A DNA stretch of 64,000 nucleotides from Bacteriovoracaceae bacterium. GTDB lineage: Bacteria > Bdellovibrionota > Bacteriovoracia > Bacteriovoracales > Bacteriovoracaceae. The stretch spans positions 1 through 64,000 of the forward strand of contig JABIHA010000087.1 of the NCBI GenBank assembly GCA_018649885.1, given 5' to 3'. A program made the translations under genes and the position numbers. Numbering within the stretch: the first letter of the stretch is position 1; each line of letters opens with the position of its first letter. The notes beneath the pieces are model-generated. The model was given only the letters and a program-made list of their open reading frames with translations, was not told where the DNA came from and made no database searches. Positions 18,861-29,354 of this stretch are shown here, piece by piece.

Positions 18861-19805
18861 GTGAGTGGAACCATTAATAGTTATTCTAGCTACATCTCAA
18901 AGCAGTACGGTGAGAGAATCCAAAAAATTTCTATTGATGGTGGATTTACCTGTCCTAATAGAGATGGCTCTAAAGGCGTAGGCGGATGCACTTACTGCAA
19001 TAATGATAGTTTTGTTCCCCCCAATGCCGAGGGTGGGCTATCGGTAACTGAGCAAATTGAAAAAGGTATTCGAATACACAAGCGTCGCTATAAAAAGGTT
19101 AAAAAATTCTTTGCCTATTTTCAGGCCTACTCAAATACTTATGCCCCTCTATCCCACTTAAAAGATCTTTACGAGCAGGCGTTATCACACCCTGATGTTA
19201 TCGGTCTTTGCATCGGAACCCGTCCAGATTGCATTGACAGCGAAAAGCTTGATTACCTAGAAGAGCTAGCAAAAAAATATGATATAACCATTGAATATGG
19301 ACTTGAATCTATCTATGACTCCACTTTAGAGAGAATCAATAGAGGACATGACTTTTCATGTTTTGACACCGCTATAAAAATGACTGAGGGAAGAGGCATT
19401 AAAATGTGTGTCCACATCATTGTGGGATTTCCTTGGGAAACTAAACAGCAGTGGATCCAAACGGCCCGACTTCTATCTACCTACCCCATCGATTTTTTAA
19501 AGATCCACCAACTCCATATTGTCAAAAACACGGTTATGGGATCTCAGTACATAAAAAAGAAATTCAACCTTCTTACACTTTCTCAGTACCAAGATGTGGT
19601 TGTAGAGTTTTTGGCACACCTAAACCCCAATATCATTGTCCAAAGAATCATAGGCTCTGCTCCAAGGGATATCTTACTATCTGAAGAATACGATATTGTG
19701 GAATCTGCTTTTAAAGAGAATGTGGAAAATGGATTACGACAAAGAGGGCTTTCACAGGGAGATCTTCTACAAGTTGATCACCTCTCAAATAATTCTTTTA
19801 TATAA
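18861..19805 (+). CDS. Radical SAM protein, TIGR01212/YhcC family
   Basis: Motifs GFTCPNRDG..GGCTYC, YFQAYSNTY, GTRPDC and KIHQLHIVKNT. Confidence 0.9.
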   Translation: MSGTINSYSSYISKQYGERIQKISIDGGFTCPNRDGSKGVGGCTYCNNDSFVPPNAEGGLSVTEQIEKGIRIHKRRYKKVKKFFAYFQAYSNTYAPLSHLKDLYEQALSHPDVIGLCIGTRPDCIDSEKLDYLEELAKKYDITIEYGLESIYDSTLERINRGHDFSCFDTAIKMTEGRGIKMCVHIIVGFPWETKQQWIQTARLLSTYPIDFLKIHQLHIVKNTVMGSQYIKKKFNLLTLSQYQDVVVEFLAHLNPNIIVQRIIGSAPRDILLSEEYDIVESAFKENVENGLRQRGLSQGDLLQVDHLSNNSFI

Positions 19806-20743
19806 ACTCCCAACATTTCTTTTCGGTATTTAGGTGGAAAAAAATCCTGTTTAAAAACGGGAGCTGCACTGGTCACATTTTTAATGGACTCTTCCATGCT
19901 TGAAGATAAGCTTTTGCCCCCTGCAAACACAAAGTTAAAGTACATGGGCATTGAAAAAATACCGCAAACTGCCACCTCAAACCCTTGCTCATTTTTAGCG
20001 AGGGCCACACCAAGGGAGGGAAAATCAAGAGTTTTTCTAACTGTTAATTTCTTGTAGTGAACACTTTTATGAAGTCTCGGAATGATAACTGAAATAAGCA
20101 CTTCGTCAGTTTCCAGATTGTTTTTCGCAATCCCATCCTCTTTAAAGAACTCCCGAGCTGAAATGGTGCGCTCACCTCTAATGGATTTCACCACAAGTTT
20201 TGCATCTAGAACAAGAAGCGCCGGAGTTAAATCGGAAACAGATCTGGCACGGCAGCTAATGGCATCATTTGCCTTGGCCCCTTTTACTAAAATACACTGG
20301 GAACCACCGTCTTTAAAACAGTTGTGGTGAAAATCTTTATTAAAAACACTTTGATTAAAAAATACACAGCGATTATCCACCAAAATATTGCCACCAAGTG
20401 TTGCTTGGTTTCGTATTTGGGGAGAGCCCACCATAGATGCCACTTTTCCTATAATAGGACACGCCTCTTTAAGAGCACTATCACTAGCAATTTGATCTAA
20501 GCTCAGAAAGCTACCGAGATGGATTTCGTCTTCTTTTATAGTGATACTACTGGTCTTTTTTAAAAATTTTAGCGAAACCATGTGACCCTGATTTTTTTTA
20601 CTATCTTTCATTCTGGGTACTACGTCACTTCCACCGGCAATAAACTGAAATTTCTCACCCTTTTTTTCCAAGTATTTAACAGTAGAAGTCATCTCTTCAA
20701 AATTTCCGGGCATAAATAGTTTAGTCTTAGAGTGATTCATCAT
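19778..20743 (-). CDS. hcrB: 4-hydroxybenzoyl-CoA reductase beta (FAD/Fe-S) subunit-like
   Basis: AGGSD and RNQATLGGN motifs; Cys-rich insert RCVFFNQS..C..C..C typical of HcrB; R..LDFP; cluster context. Confidence 0.8.
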   Translation of the reverse strand: MMNHSKTKLFMPGNFEEMTSTVKYLEKKGEKFQFIAGGSDVVPRMKDSKKNQGHMVSLKFLKKTSSITIKEDEIHLGSFLSLDQIASDSALKEACPIIGKVASMVGSPQIRNQATLGGNILVDNRCVFFNQSVFNKDFHHNCFKDGGSQCILVKGAKANDAISCRARSVSDLTPALLVLDAKLVVKSIRGERTISAREFFKEDGIAKNNLETDEVLISVIIPRLHKSVHYKKLTVRKTLDFPSLGVALAKNEQGFEVAVCGIFSMPMYFNFVFAGGKSLSSSMEESIKNVTSAAPVFKQDFFPPKYRKEMLGVYIKELFER

Positions 20744-23121
20744 TTTTTGCCTTCCTTTTCACGGAGAGCGGAAAGTATGACATCTGCACTCATAGGTAGT
20801 TGTCTAACCCTCACTCCAACAGCGTCGTAAACGGCATTGGCAATTGAAGGAATAAATGGCGCCAAGGCCCCTTCTCCAACTTCTTTGGCCCCAAATGGGC
20901 CCTCCACTTCGGCTTCACCGTCATAAATAAGCTCAATTTCTGGCATCTCAAATGCTGAAGGTATTTTATAATTTAAAAAAGAGGCATTTTGAACTGCGCC
21001 TTCCGTATGCTCAATCCTCTCCATTAAGGCCTGGCCTAGTCCCATGTGGATAGAGCCTTCAAGTTGCCCTTCCACGGCCAGGGGATTTAGCGCCACTCCA
21101 CAATCGTGAAAGCAAGTCACTTTTTCAACTTTAACGGCACCTGTACTCGGATTCACATCAACTTCGCTAATAAAAACACTCATACTATAGGCAGGGCTTA
21201 ATCCCGCACCGGCCCCTTTAAATGTGCCACCAAGTTTTGGAGAAGAGTAAACTCCTTGAACATTAAGAGCGCCTCCAAAATCAAGAGCGCGCCTAACCAC
21301 GTCGATATAATCAACAGACTCTCCTGCCTGTGCTTCTGAAATTTTCTGATCACTAAAAGTGAGACCATCATCAATTTTTGGATTGGCCCCAAGATAGGGT
21401 GAATCATATTTCGGAGGATTTTGACCTTGTTTAAAAAAGTCAATATCCACATTGGCGTCTTTTTCTTTTGGGGCCTTTAGCTCCAGCATCTCATAGGCGG
21501 CCTTTGCTAGAATTTTCCTAACTCTTATGGCCGCATTTCTAGCAGCGTTCCCGGCCATAAAGGTTACCCTTGAGCTATAACTGCCAAGGTCAATGGGACA
21601 AAGCCTAGTATCAGCTGATACCACTTTAATCATATCCATGGGAAGACCTAGAACTTCAGAGGCCATCATCGCCAGCATGGTATCACTACCTTGACCAATA
21701 TCAGATGCACCAGAGTAAAGTGTGACTCCACCATCAAAATCAATTGTTAATCTAACACTACTTTGCGGCATTTGATTCCAGTGAATGGGAAGGTTTGAGC
21801 CACTAATAAAAAAGCCACATCCAACGCCAATACCTTTTCCAAAAGGAAGCTTGCCATATTTTTCACTCCACTTTGATTTGGCCATGGCCTTTTTCAGTCC
21901 ACTATTAACCGAAACAGAAGTAATACGGAATTCATTAGGTGTTAAACTATAAGGTTTCAAAAAGTGGCCCAGTCTAAACTCGCAGGGATCTACACCAAGA
22001 TTTGTGCAAGCTTCATCTAGAAGAACTTCCATGGCAAATCTAGGGTTCACTCCCCCATGACCTCTCATGGCACCGCACATAGGTTTATTGGTATAAACCC
22101 GGTCACAATTAAAAGAAAAATTGGGAAGATTGTAGGGGCCTTGAAGTAACACTCCATTATAATAAGAGGTCACAACACCAAAACTTCCGTAGGCACCGCC
22201 ATCAATTAGGATATTTCCCTCTAAAGATTTTAAACCATCATCTTTACTTACACCCAATTTCATTTTTATTTTTGAAGGGTGTCTTCCATGATGAGAGAAA
22301 AAGACTTCCTCACGGCTAAAAGTAATTTTAGTATTTCGTCCAGTAAGAAGCGCTACTTTGGCAGCGACCATTTCATGTGGAAAAGGATCACTTTTGCCAC
22401 CAAAGCCACCACCTAGGTAGGGTTTAATGACCCTAACTTTATGCATAGGAACTTCTAATACCTCAGACACGGCCCGATGAACATAATGAGGAACCTGGGT
22501 TGCCGAATAAATTTTTAATTCTTTATCACCACTAATCTCTACCACCGTACAATGGGGTTCAGTAAAGGCGTGGGTCACACTGGGAAAGGTAAACTCAGAG
22601 CTAACAATTGTATCTGAATTTTCAAAACCATTTTCAAGATCACCAAAGCTCTGCTCTACATGTTTGTGAAGATTATTTTCTCTATTAGGAAGTTCTGGAT
22701 GAATTCGATCTTCAGATTTTCTAAGTGAATGTGAAGGGTTGAGGTGCGCCCGTTTTTCAATATATTTGATGTCTATTAAATCTAGCGCTCTCTTTGCAAG
22801 CCCTATTGTTTCTGCTGCCACGGCCACCACTGGCTCACCCACATAGCGAACTACGTCTCTAGCTAGTGCTGGCTCATCTTTACTAATGGGAAGAACACCA
22901 AAAGTATTTTTAAAGTCGGCTCCAGTAACAACACACTTTACTCCCTCAAGGGCAATCACTCGGTCAAGATTAATGGACACAATTTTAGCAAAAGCATGGG
23001 GGGATCTCAGCAATTTAATATATAAAGGATTTTTAACTTTTATATCATCAGTGTATTTAGCGGCTCCTGTCACTTTTTCCAAAGAGCCTTTCATAATTGT
23101 CCGTGATCCAATAGTGTTCAC
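20740..23121 (-). CDS. hcrA: 4-hydroxybenzoyl-CoA reductase alpha (molybdopterin) subunit-like
   Basis: Xanthine-oxidase-family motifs GGGFGGK, GAMRGHG, DIGQGS, GSYSSRVT and GAKEVGEG; context with dch, had and oah. Confidence 0.85.
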   Translation of the reverse strand: MNTIGSRTIMKGSLEKVTGAAKYTDDIKVKNPLYIKLLRSPHAFAKIVSINLDRVIALEGVKCVVTGADFKNTFGVLPISKDEPALARDVVRYVGEPVVAVAAETIGLAKRALDLIDIKYIEKRAHLNPSHSLRKSEDRIHPELPNRENNLHKHVEQSFGDLENGFENSDTIVSSEFTFPSVTHAFTEPHCTVVEISGDKELKIYSATQVPHYVHRAVSEVLEVPMHKVRVIKPYLGGGFGGKSDPFPHEMVAAKVALLTGRNTKITFSREEVFFSHHGRHPSKIKMKLGVSKDDGLKSLEGNILIDGGAYGSFGVVTSYYNGVLLQGPYNLPNFSFNCDRVYTNKPMCGAMRGHGGVNPRFAMEVLLDEACTNLGVDPCEFRLGHFLKPYSLTPNEFRITSVSVNSGLKKAMAKSKWSEKYGKLPFGKGIGVGCGFFISGSNLPIHWNQMPQSSVRLTIDFDGGVTLYSGASDIGQGSDTMLAMMASEVLGLPMDMIKVVSADTRLCPIDLGSYSSRVTFMAGNAARNAAIRVRKILAKAAYEMLELKAPKEKDANVDIDFFKQGQNPPKYDSPYLGANPKIDDGLTFSDQKISEAQAGESVDYIDVVRRALDFGGALNVQGVYSSPKLGGTFKGAGAGLSPAYSMSVFISEVDVNPSTGAVKVEKVTCFHDCGVALNPLAVEGQLEGSIHMGLGQALMERIEHTEGAVQNASFLNYKIPSAFEMPEIELIYDGEAEVEGPFGAKEVGEGALAPFIPSIANAVYDAVGVRVRQLPMSADVILSALREKEGKK

Positions 23122-23594
23122 TCCCTACCCTCCACGACTTTTTCAATGGCCTTTTCAATTTTAGTGTAACCAGTGCATCTACAAATTGTTCCCGAAACAC
23201 ATTTTTTGATTTGGTTTTTACTGGGTGCCTTATGGGTGTTAAGCAGGTGAGTGGCATTTAAAACCATTGAGGGGGTACAAAATCCACACTGAATCGCGCC
23301 GTTTTCCACCATTGATTCTTGAATAGGTGTCAGTTGACCATCAACAGAGATCCCCTCAATTGTGGTAATCTCAGCATCCTGAACAAACTTGGCAAGAACT
23401 AAGCAAGCAAGAATGGGTTTGCCATCGACTAAAACACTACAACAGCCACACTCTCCGCGGTCGCACCCAATTTTAGTTCCCGTTAAATCACACTCCTCCC
23501 TTATAAAATGAGAAAGAGTCATGAGAGAAGAAACTGCTCTACTATAGCTGACAGAATTTATATTCAATGTCACGACTTCAACTAGATCATTCAA
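23118..23594 (-). CDS. hcrC: 4-hydroxybenzoyl-CoA reductase gamma (2x[2Fe-2S]) subunit-like
   Basis: Motifs GTKIGCDRGECGCC, QCGFCTP and CRCTGY. TTG start at 23594 after AAGGA. Confidence 0.85.
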   Translation of the reverse strand: MNDLVEVVTLNINSVSYSRAVSSLMTLSHFIREECDLTGTKIGCDRGECGCCSVLVDGKPILACLVLAKFVQDAEITTIEGISVDGQLTPIQESMVENGAIQCGFCTPSMVLNATHLLNTHKAPSKNQIKKCVSGTICRCTGYTKIEKAIEKVVEGRE

Positions 23595-23604
23595 AACTTT
23601 GTCC

Positions 23605-24354
23605 TTAAAGCGCCAGTTGCCCGCAGCTTTTCCCACCATCTACATGAAGGATTTGCCCGGTAATATAACTAGACTTATCTGATGCCAAAAAACATACTGC
23701 TTCAGCAATATCTGCAGTCGTTCCCATTCTCTTTAATGGCCTTGAATTTATTAGCTTTTCTTTAATTTTATCTGGGACCGCTCGACTCATTTCAGTGTCC
23801 ACAAGACCTGGAGAAACTCCGTTGACATTAATGCTATATCTTGCCGCTTCCATAGCAAGAGTCCTAGTCATTCCAACAAGACCACCTTTACTTGCAGAAT
23901 AATTAGCTTGCCCAATATTTCCCAGCCATGAAGCCGAGATAATATTAACTATTTTTCCATAATTTTTTTCACTCATAGATGGGTAGACTGCTTGAGCAAA
24001 CAAGAAGGCGCCCTTGAGATTGACATCAATTACGTCATCCCAATCTTTTTCAGTAATATTGGTTAGAAATCCGTCTCTTGTGATGCCTGCATTATTGACT
24101 AAGATATCGATATGCCCAAACTTTGCCAGTACCTCTTTGATACTTGACTGGACAAATTCCTTATCAGTAACATCTCCACATAATCTTATTACATTTTCAT
24201 TAGAAGCTTCATCAAATTCAGCAAGAAGACTTTCATTGCAATCAATCAATGCCACTTTAGCACCACGACCCAAAAGAGTGCTTGCAACACACTTTCCAAT
24301 GCCTCTTGCGGCACCTGTAACCAGAGCTACTTTGTGTTCAAAATCACCATTCAT
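23605..24354 (-). CDS. FabG-like short-chain dehydrogenase (3-oxoacyl-CoA/ACP reductase)
   Basis: Motifs TGAARGIG, NNAGITRD, YSASK and ITGQILHVDGG. Start reassigned to 24354. Confidence 0.9.
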   Translation of the reverse strand: MNGDFEHKVALVTGAARGIGKCVASTLLGRGAKVALIDCNESLLAEFDEASNENVIRLCGDVTDKEFVQSSIKEVLAKFGHIDILVNNAGITRDGFLTNITEKDWDDVIDVNLKGAFLFAQAVYPSMSEKNYGKIVNIISASWLGNIGQANYSASKGGLVGMTRTLAMEAARYSINVNGVSPGLVDTEMSRAVPDKIKEKLINSRPLKRMGTTADIAEAVCFLASDKSSYITGQILHVDGGKSCGQLAL

Positions 24355-24356
24355 AT

Positions 24357-25640
24357 TCACACCCTTTCCACAAGCATCGCAATTCCCTGGCCACCACCAA
24401 TGCAAGCCGATGCTACTCCGTACCTTTTATCAAGTTGTTTAAGTGACCTAAGAAGTGTCAGTACAAGTCTCACCCCAGTCGCACCTAGCGGATGACCTAT
24501 AGCAATTGAGCCACCGTTAATATTGAGTTTTTCCTGATCGATTTCAAGAGCTTTTGCGCAACTAAGTACTTGAGCACCAAAAGCCTCATTGATCTCAAAT
24601 AAATCAATTTCAGAAATCCCCATACCAGACCCAGCTAAAAGCGCTTTAATGGCCGGAACTGGACCTTCACCCATTAAAGAGGGATCAACTCCCACACTAA
24701 CGGCAGCTTTTATTTTGCCCATGGCCTGAAGCTGGTTTTCCTCTAAAAATTCTTTGCTACAAATAATACTGGCACAAGCCCCATCCACTATACCACTAGC
24801 ACTGCCGGCTGTTGTGGGACCAGACTTACTAAATACAAAAGGCAATTTCCCAAGTGACTCCATTGTGCCCATTCTAGGATGCTCATCTTTTACAAAGCTT
24901 TCTTTTGCTCTCGTTTTAGTTTTGTATTTTCTCGTTTTTAAGTCAGGTAGGTGTTTGGCCCCATCAAAACTTCCCCTTGGGTCAACTCCAACTATTTCAT
25001 CATCAAAGAACCCAGACTCACAGGCCTTTTGGTATCTTTGTTGTGATCTCAGTGAAAACTCGTCGACTTCAACGCGTGACAGTCCATATTTCTTTGCTAG
25101 ATTATCAGCAGTCTCTCCCATAGGAGTGGCGGCCGTATCATTTAAGGCCTCCCAAAGCATATCGCTATACTCAGGCCTTCCTAGAGCAAATCCAGTGCGG
25201 GCCGTAAATGAAACAAGAGGCATACGACTCATGGTTTCTGTTCCCACACTAAGGATGCAATCCCCCTTGCCCATACCAATTTGTTCACAGGCCTGAGCTA
25301 TAATTTCAATTCCAGAGCCACATATTCTTTGGGATAAAAGAGCTGGTACTCCCAGCTTTGCTCCAGCATAAAGACCAATATGTCTTGGTAGAAAAAATGC
25401 ATCTTCTGAGCACTGAGCAATATTTGAGGCGATCACTTGATCAACTTTAGTGCCGTCAATTCCGCTTGCTTTGAGACATGCTTTGGAACTCAATATGGCA
25501 AGATCAGTTGGAGAAACAGTGCTTAAAGTACCATTCATTTTTCCAAATGCTGTTCTCTTCCCCGAAACAAAATAAATATTTTCAAATACTGAGCCACAGG
25601 CCCCATAAGAATCTTTAAAACCTTTTACACTTGCACTCAT
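24357..25640 (-). CDS. Thiolase (acetyl-CoA C-acyltransferase)
   Basis: Motifs RICGSG, EINEAF, GHPLGATG and CIGGGQG. Confidence 0.92.
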   Translation of the reverse strand: MSASVKGFKDSYGACGSVFENIYFVSGKRTAFGKMNGTLSTVSPTDLAILSSKACLKASGIDGTKVDQVIASNIAQCSEDAFFLPRHIGLYAGAKLGVPALLSQRICGSGIEIIAQACEQIGMGKGDCILSVGTETMSRMPLVSFTARTGFALGRPEYSDMLWEALNDTAATPMGETADNLAKKYGLSRVEVDEFSLRSQQRYQKACESGFFDDEIVGVDPRGSFDGAKHLPDLKTRKYKTKTRAKESFVKDEHPRMGTMESLGKLPFVFSKSGPTTAGSASGIVDGACASIICSKEFLEENQLQAMGKIKAAVSVGVDPSLMGEGPVPAIKALLAGSGMGISEIDLFEINEAFGAQVLSCAKALEIDQEKLNINGGSIAIGHPLGATGVRLVLTLLRSLKQLDKRYGVASACIGGGQGIAMLVERV

Positions 25641-25642
25641 AA

Positions 25643-27640
25643 TTACCTTCCTAAAAATTGAACTTTTTCTCTGTTAATGACACTTTCTAATCCCAAAAGA
25701 GCATCGCTGGTTGAGAAAATCCACTCAAGTGAGTCAATCTCACACTGCAGTCCCTCTTCTAGAGATACACCTTCTCCACGGCCCACAAGCTCCATCGCCT
25801 TTTCAAGTGCAAGCGGAGCTCTTCTTTCGAGATACTTTCGGTGATTTTGAAAAATTTCTTTTTCCCAAAGAGTCTCACATAGCTTTCCATCAAAACTTGA
25901 AAATTCCTCTTCAGGGAGATTTTCATTTTTTGGATGAGTGGACACTTCAAGACCATCAAGCTCTCTAAAGCTTCTGGGACGATCTATAATTTTATCAACA
26001 AGCCCTAAAGAATATGCGCGATTTGCATCGACCATCACTCCGGTTGCCACGAGATATTTTGTAATGCCGGCGCCAACAAGCCTGGTAGTTCTTTGGGTAC
26101 CGCCAAGACCTGGATAAATTCCAATTCCTGTTTCTGGAAAGCTAAGGTAAGCATTTTTGCACGCCACACGATAGTCACAACTAAGGGCGAGCTCTAATCC
26201 TCCCCCTAGGGTCAGACCATTGAGAAAAGCAATGGTTTTCTTTTTGGAGTTAGAAATTGTTGATAAAATTGCTTGTCCCTGAACTGTGAAGTCTTTTATC
26301 TTACCAATCTGCTGATTTTTTATACCATCAACAAAGAACTTTATATCCGCGCCAGCAACAAAGGCCTTCCCTCTTCCTGTCAAAACGATGGTTTCTATTT
26401 GAGGATTTTGTTCAAGCTCTTTGAATTTGAGGTCTAGACAGGCCATGACCTGCTCATTTAGTGCATTCATGCTATCGGGGCGATTAAATTCTAATATTCC
26501 AGTACTCGAAAAAATATGAGTATTGATGTGATCAATTTCTATTTCACCTTCTCTATTTTGATTCATTATTTCAGGAACCGGCAAATCATAGGCGGTGAAT
26601 AAACTCTCCACGATTTCAATTGCAGTCTTCACGCCTATTTGATTCATCATCTCAAAAGGACCAGCGGGCCAACGAAGTCCAAGTCTTGCCCCTAGATCTG
26701 TGGAGCTCACGTCACATACTCCCTCACTAACCATTTGAGCGGCAACTCCGAGGGAGGCTGCAATCAAGCGTGATCTAACAATTGACTTTTCATCACTGCA
26801 CTTGTCATCACCACAAATAGTCCACTGCTCACCACTAGTGACTTGTTCTGCTAGCTTTTTTGAGGGTCTATAGAATTCTCCAAAGCTATCAAATAGCGTT
26901 TGAGAAGCGTGAAGAGCGATGGGTACCCCTGTTGCATTCATCAGCGCAAATGGTCCCATCCCCACACCAAATGTTTCCATTGCCACACGGTCAATAAACT
27001 CGGTTGAGCCAATGCCTTCATCATAGAGTCTGGCAGCTTCATTGAGCCATGGAACAAAGAAGCGATTAACAGCGAACCCTTGAACATCTTTGGTTAGAAT
27101 AGGACATTTTTCGATAAAATTGTAAAAATCAACTACTTGAGTGACCACTTCTGGATCTGTACCAGAGGCCTTGATGACTTCAACTAATTTATTTTTTGCT
27201 GCATGAAAAAAGTAATGAACTCCAAGGCATCTGCCTTTGTATTTCATCCCTTCTGTTAATTTGGCGATTGAAAATGATGAAGTATTGGAGGCCAATATAC
27301 AACTCTCACTGACAATAGATTCAAGATCTAAAAATAGCTTAGATTTTATCTCAAGGTTTTCGAAAATTGCTTCCACAATAAATTCTCTGCCTTCAAGAAA
27401 TTTTAAATCTGTTGAGCTTTTTAAACCGCTCATCAGCTGCTCTTTTTTCTCAGCTTTCATGATTTTCCGAGAAACAGCTTCATCAAAGCTTGTATCTAAA
27501 TTAGAAAGTCCTCTTTTTAGACCTTCGGAGGAAATATCAACAAGAGATACATCCATTCCTTTCATCATAAAATGTTGAGCAATGGCGGCTCCCATAGTGC
27601 CGGCGCCTACAACTCCAATTTTTGTTAGAGAATTTTTCAT
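25643..27640 (-). CDS. 3-hydroxyacyl-CoA dehydrogenase / enoyl-CoA hydratase fusion
   Basis: N-terminal GAGTMG, VEAIFE and ASNTSS; C-terminal crotonase AFVAGADI, GGGLELAL and PETGIGIYPGLGGTQR. Confidence 0.92.
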   Translation of the reverse strand: MKNSLTKIGVVGAGTMGAAIAQHFMMKGMDVSLVDISSEGLKRGLSNLDTSFDEAVSRKIMKAEKKEQLMSGLKSSTDLKFLEGREFIVEAIFENLEIKSKLFLDLESIVSESCILASNTSSFSIAKLTEGMKYKGRCLGVHYFFHAAKNKLVEVIKASGTDPEVVTQVVDFYNFIEKCPILTKDVQGFAVNRFFVPWLNEAARLYDEGIGSTEFIDRVAMETFGVGMGPFALMNATGVPIALHASQTLFDSFGEFYRPSKKLAEQVTSGEQWTICGDDKCSDEKSIVRSRLIAASLGVAAQMVSEGVCDVSSTDLGARLGLRWPAGPFEMMNQIGVKTAIEIVESLFTAYDLPVPEIMNQNREGEIEIDHINTHIFSSTGILEFNRPDSMNALNEQVMACLDLKFKELEQNPQIETIVLTGRGKAFVAGADIKFFVDGIKNQQIGKIKDFTVQGQAILSTISNSKKKTIAFLNGLTLGGGLELALSCDYRVACKNAYLSFPETGIGIYPGLGGTQRTTRLVGAGITKYLVATGVMVDANRAYSLGLVDKIIDRPRSFRELDGLEVSTHPKNENLPEEEFSSFDGKLCETLWEKEIFQNHRKYLERRAPLALEKAMELVGRGEGVSLEEGLQCEIDSLEWIFSTSDALLGLESVINREKVQFLGR

Positions 27641-27649
27641 ATCCGTTCC

Positions 27650-29341
27650 TTAAATTGATATATAGTGGGCATCGCCCGGAAGTTTTTCTGGAGTACCATT
27701 AACCAAACAATCAATATACTCCCGGTAATTTTCTTCAATGATTCTTGGAACTAGCTTCATAGAAGGAGTTAGCTCTCTATTTTCAATGGAAAGCTCTCTT
27801 TCAATGACAACAGCATTTTTTATGCGCTCAAATTTTGCCACAAGCTCGTTATTAATTTTATCAAGACAACTTGAAAAACAGTTGGAATACTCCATCATGC
27901 CACATGGAGAGGCACATCCCCCCTCTTTCTTATCAAGTTTTGTATCTAACAATTCAAGGTTGGGGAAAACAAGGGCAAGTGGTGCTACCTGTCCACTTCC
28001 AAAAACATAAATATACTTAATATAGTGACAAACCTTTCTGACATTTTCCTCAATGGGGACAGGAAAGAGCTTTTCAGCATTAGCAAGTTTGAAGATGCGA
28101 TCTTTTCTCGATAATATTTTTACCCCATCTTCTGTAATTTCTCCCACATCACCTGTTTTAAACCAATTGTCTTCAGTAAAGGCCTTGGCATTTTCTTCCG
28201 GGCATCTAAAGTAGCCCTTCATCACATTGGGTCCTTTAACCAGAATTTCACCGTCATTTGCTAGTTTCACACTCACTTCAGGTAGAGGAAAACCTACAAC
28301 TCCTGGAGTTCTCTCAAGAGATCTCTCAGTTAAAGTGCAGCAAGGAGAAGTTTCAGTAAGCCCCCATCCTTCAATCACAGGTATTTTTTTCTCCGTGAAT
28401 ATCTTTGAGGTACTCAGTGGTAGAGGTGCAGCTGCTGTAAAAACAAATTGAAGCTCTTTATGAAAAAAGATATCTTTTGTTTTTTTATCACTCAAAACTC
28501 GCCCAATAATCTCTTGGTAAATCCTGGGAACACTAAAATAAATATGAGGTTTCACCATGTCGAAATTTTCTAGAAGCCTGTCTACATTCTTACCAAAAGA
28601 GTCATCAATACAAAGACACCCCCCTGAGTAAAGTGCGAGGAATCTCTCGAAGAGTCCACCAAAACTATGGTGCCATGGAAGATAGCACAAGTATCGAAGT
28701 GAGGGGCCAAGCTCCCATAGCAGCTCAAGAGATTTTTGCTGAGATAATATATTTGAGTGGCTTAACATCACTCCTTTGGGAAAGTTAGTGGTTCCCGAGG
28801 TATACATTATAAGAGCTGTATCTTCAGCGACTACACTATTAAAAATCGCCAGGACACTATTCAACTCAAATGGAGTTTCATCTTCCAGTACTTTTTCAAT
28901 TTGATCTAATAAAATACAGCGATCACTCAGTTTCTCTAAATTAAGTTGATCTTTTTTCGCCTGAGTATCAACTACAAGAAACGATAAATCAGAAAAATCA
29001 ATTAGTTTATTTGTAAGATCAGCAGGATAGGCACTAAATATAGGCACACTAACGAACCCACAGGCCATGACACTCATTTCGCAAACAAGTCTGTGATAGC
29101 TATTTGTAGTAATGAGGCCGACTCGGTCGCCCTTCTCTAGGCCTTTTTTAATGAGGTAGTCACTAAAGCGGAAAATATCCTCACAAAACTCTTTCCAGTT
29201 CTTGTACTCAAATGCACTGCCTACTCTATTCCCGAAAGCGGGCTTGTCGCCATAGTGTTTTAAATTATTTAAAAATATAGTCCCAATATTGGGATAATAG
29301 CTGTCTAAAACTTTATCAGATACCAGATTTGTTCCCATCAT
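27650..29341 (-). CDS. AMP-dependent acyl/aryl-CoA ligase
   Basis: Motifs YTSGTT, GWGLTE and TGDVG. LPWHHSFGG..GGCLCIDD resembles feruloyl-CoA synthetases. Start is uncertain (29389, 29341 or 29338). Confidence 0.88.
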   Translation of the reverse strand: MMGTNLVSDKVLDSYYPNIGTIFLNNLKHYGDKPAFGNRVGSAFEYKNWKEFCEDIFRFSDYLIKKGLEKGDRVGLITTNSYHRLVCEMSVMACGFVSVPIFSAYPADLTNKLIDFSDLSFLVVDTQAKKDQLNLEKLSDRCILLDQIEKVLEDETPFELNSVLAIFNSVVAEDTALIMYTSGTTNFPKGVMLSHSNILSQQKSLELLWELGPSLRYLCYLPWHHSFGGLFERFLALYSGGCLCIDDSFGKNVDRLLENFDMVKPHIYFSVPRIYQEIIGRVLSDKKTKDIFFHKELQFVFTAAAPLPLSTSKIFTEKKIPVIEGWGLTETSPCCTLTERSLERTPGVVGFPLPEVSVKLANDGEILVKGPNVMKGYFRCPEENAKAFTEDNWFKTGDVGEITEDGVKILSRKDRIFKLANAEKLFPVPIEENVRKVCHYIKYIYVFGSGQVAPLALVFPNLELLDTKLDKKEGGCASPCGMMEYSNCFSSCLDKINNELVAKFERIKNAVVIERELSIENRELTPSMKLVPRIIEENYREYIDCLVNGTPEKLPGDAHYISI

Positions 29342-29354
29342 TTCCCCCACAAGC

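Noticed and set aside
18861..19805. Radical SAM gene as part of the aromatic cluster
   Set aside because: It is convergent with the cluster and belongs to a widespread stand-alone family; no functional link is evident.
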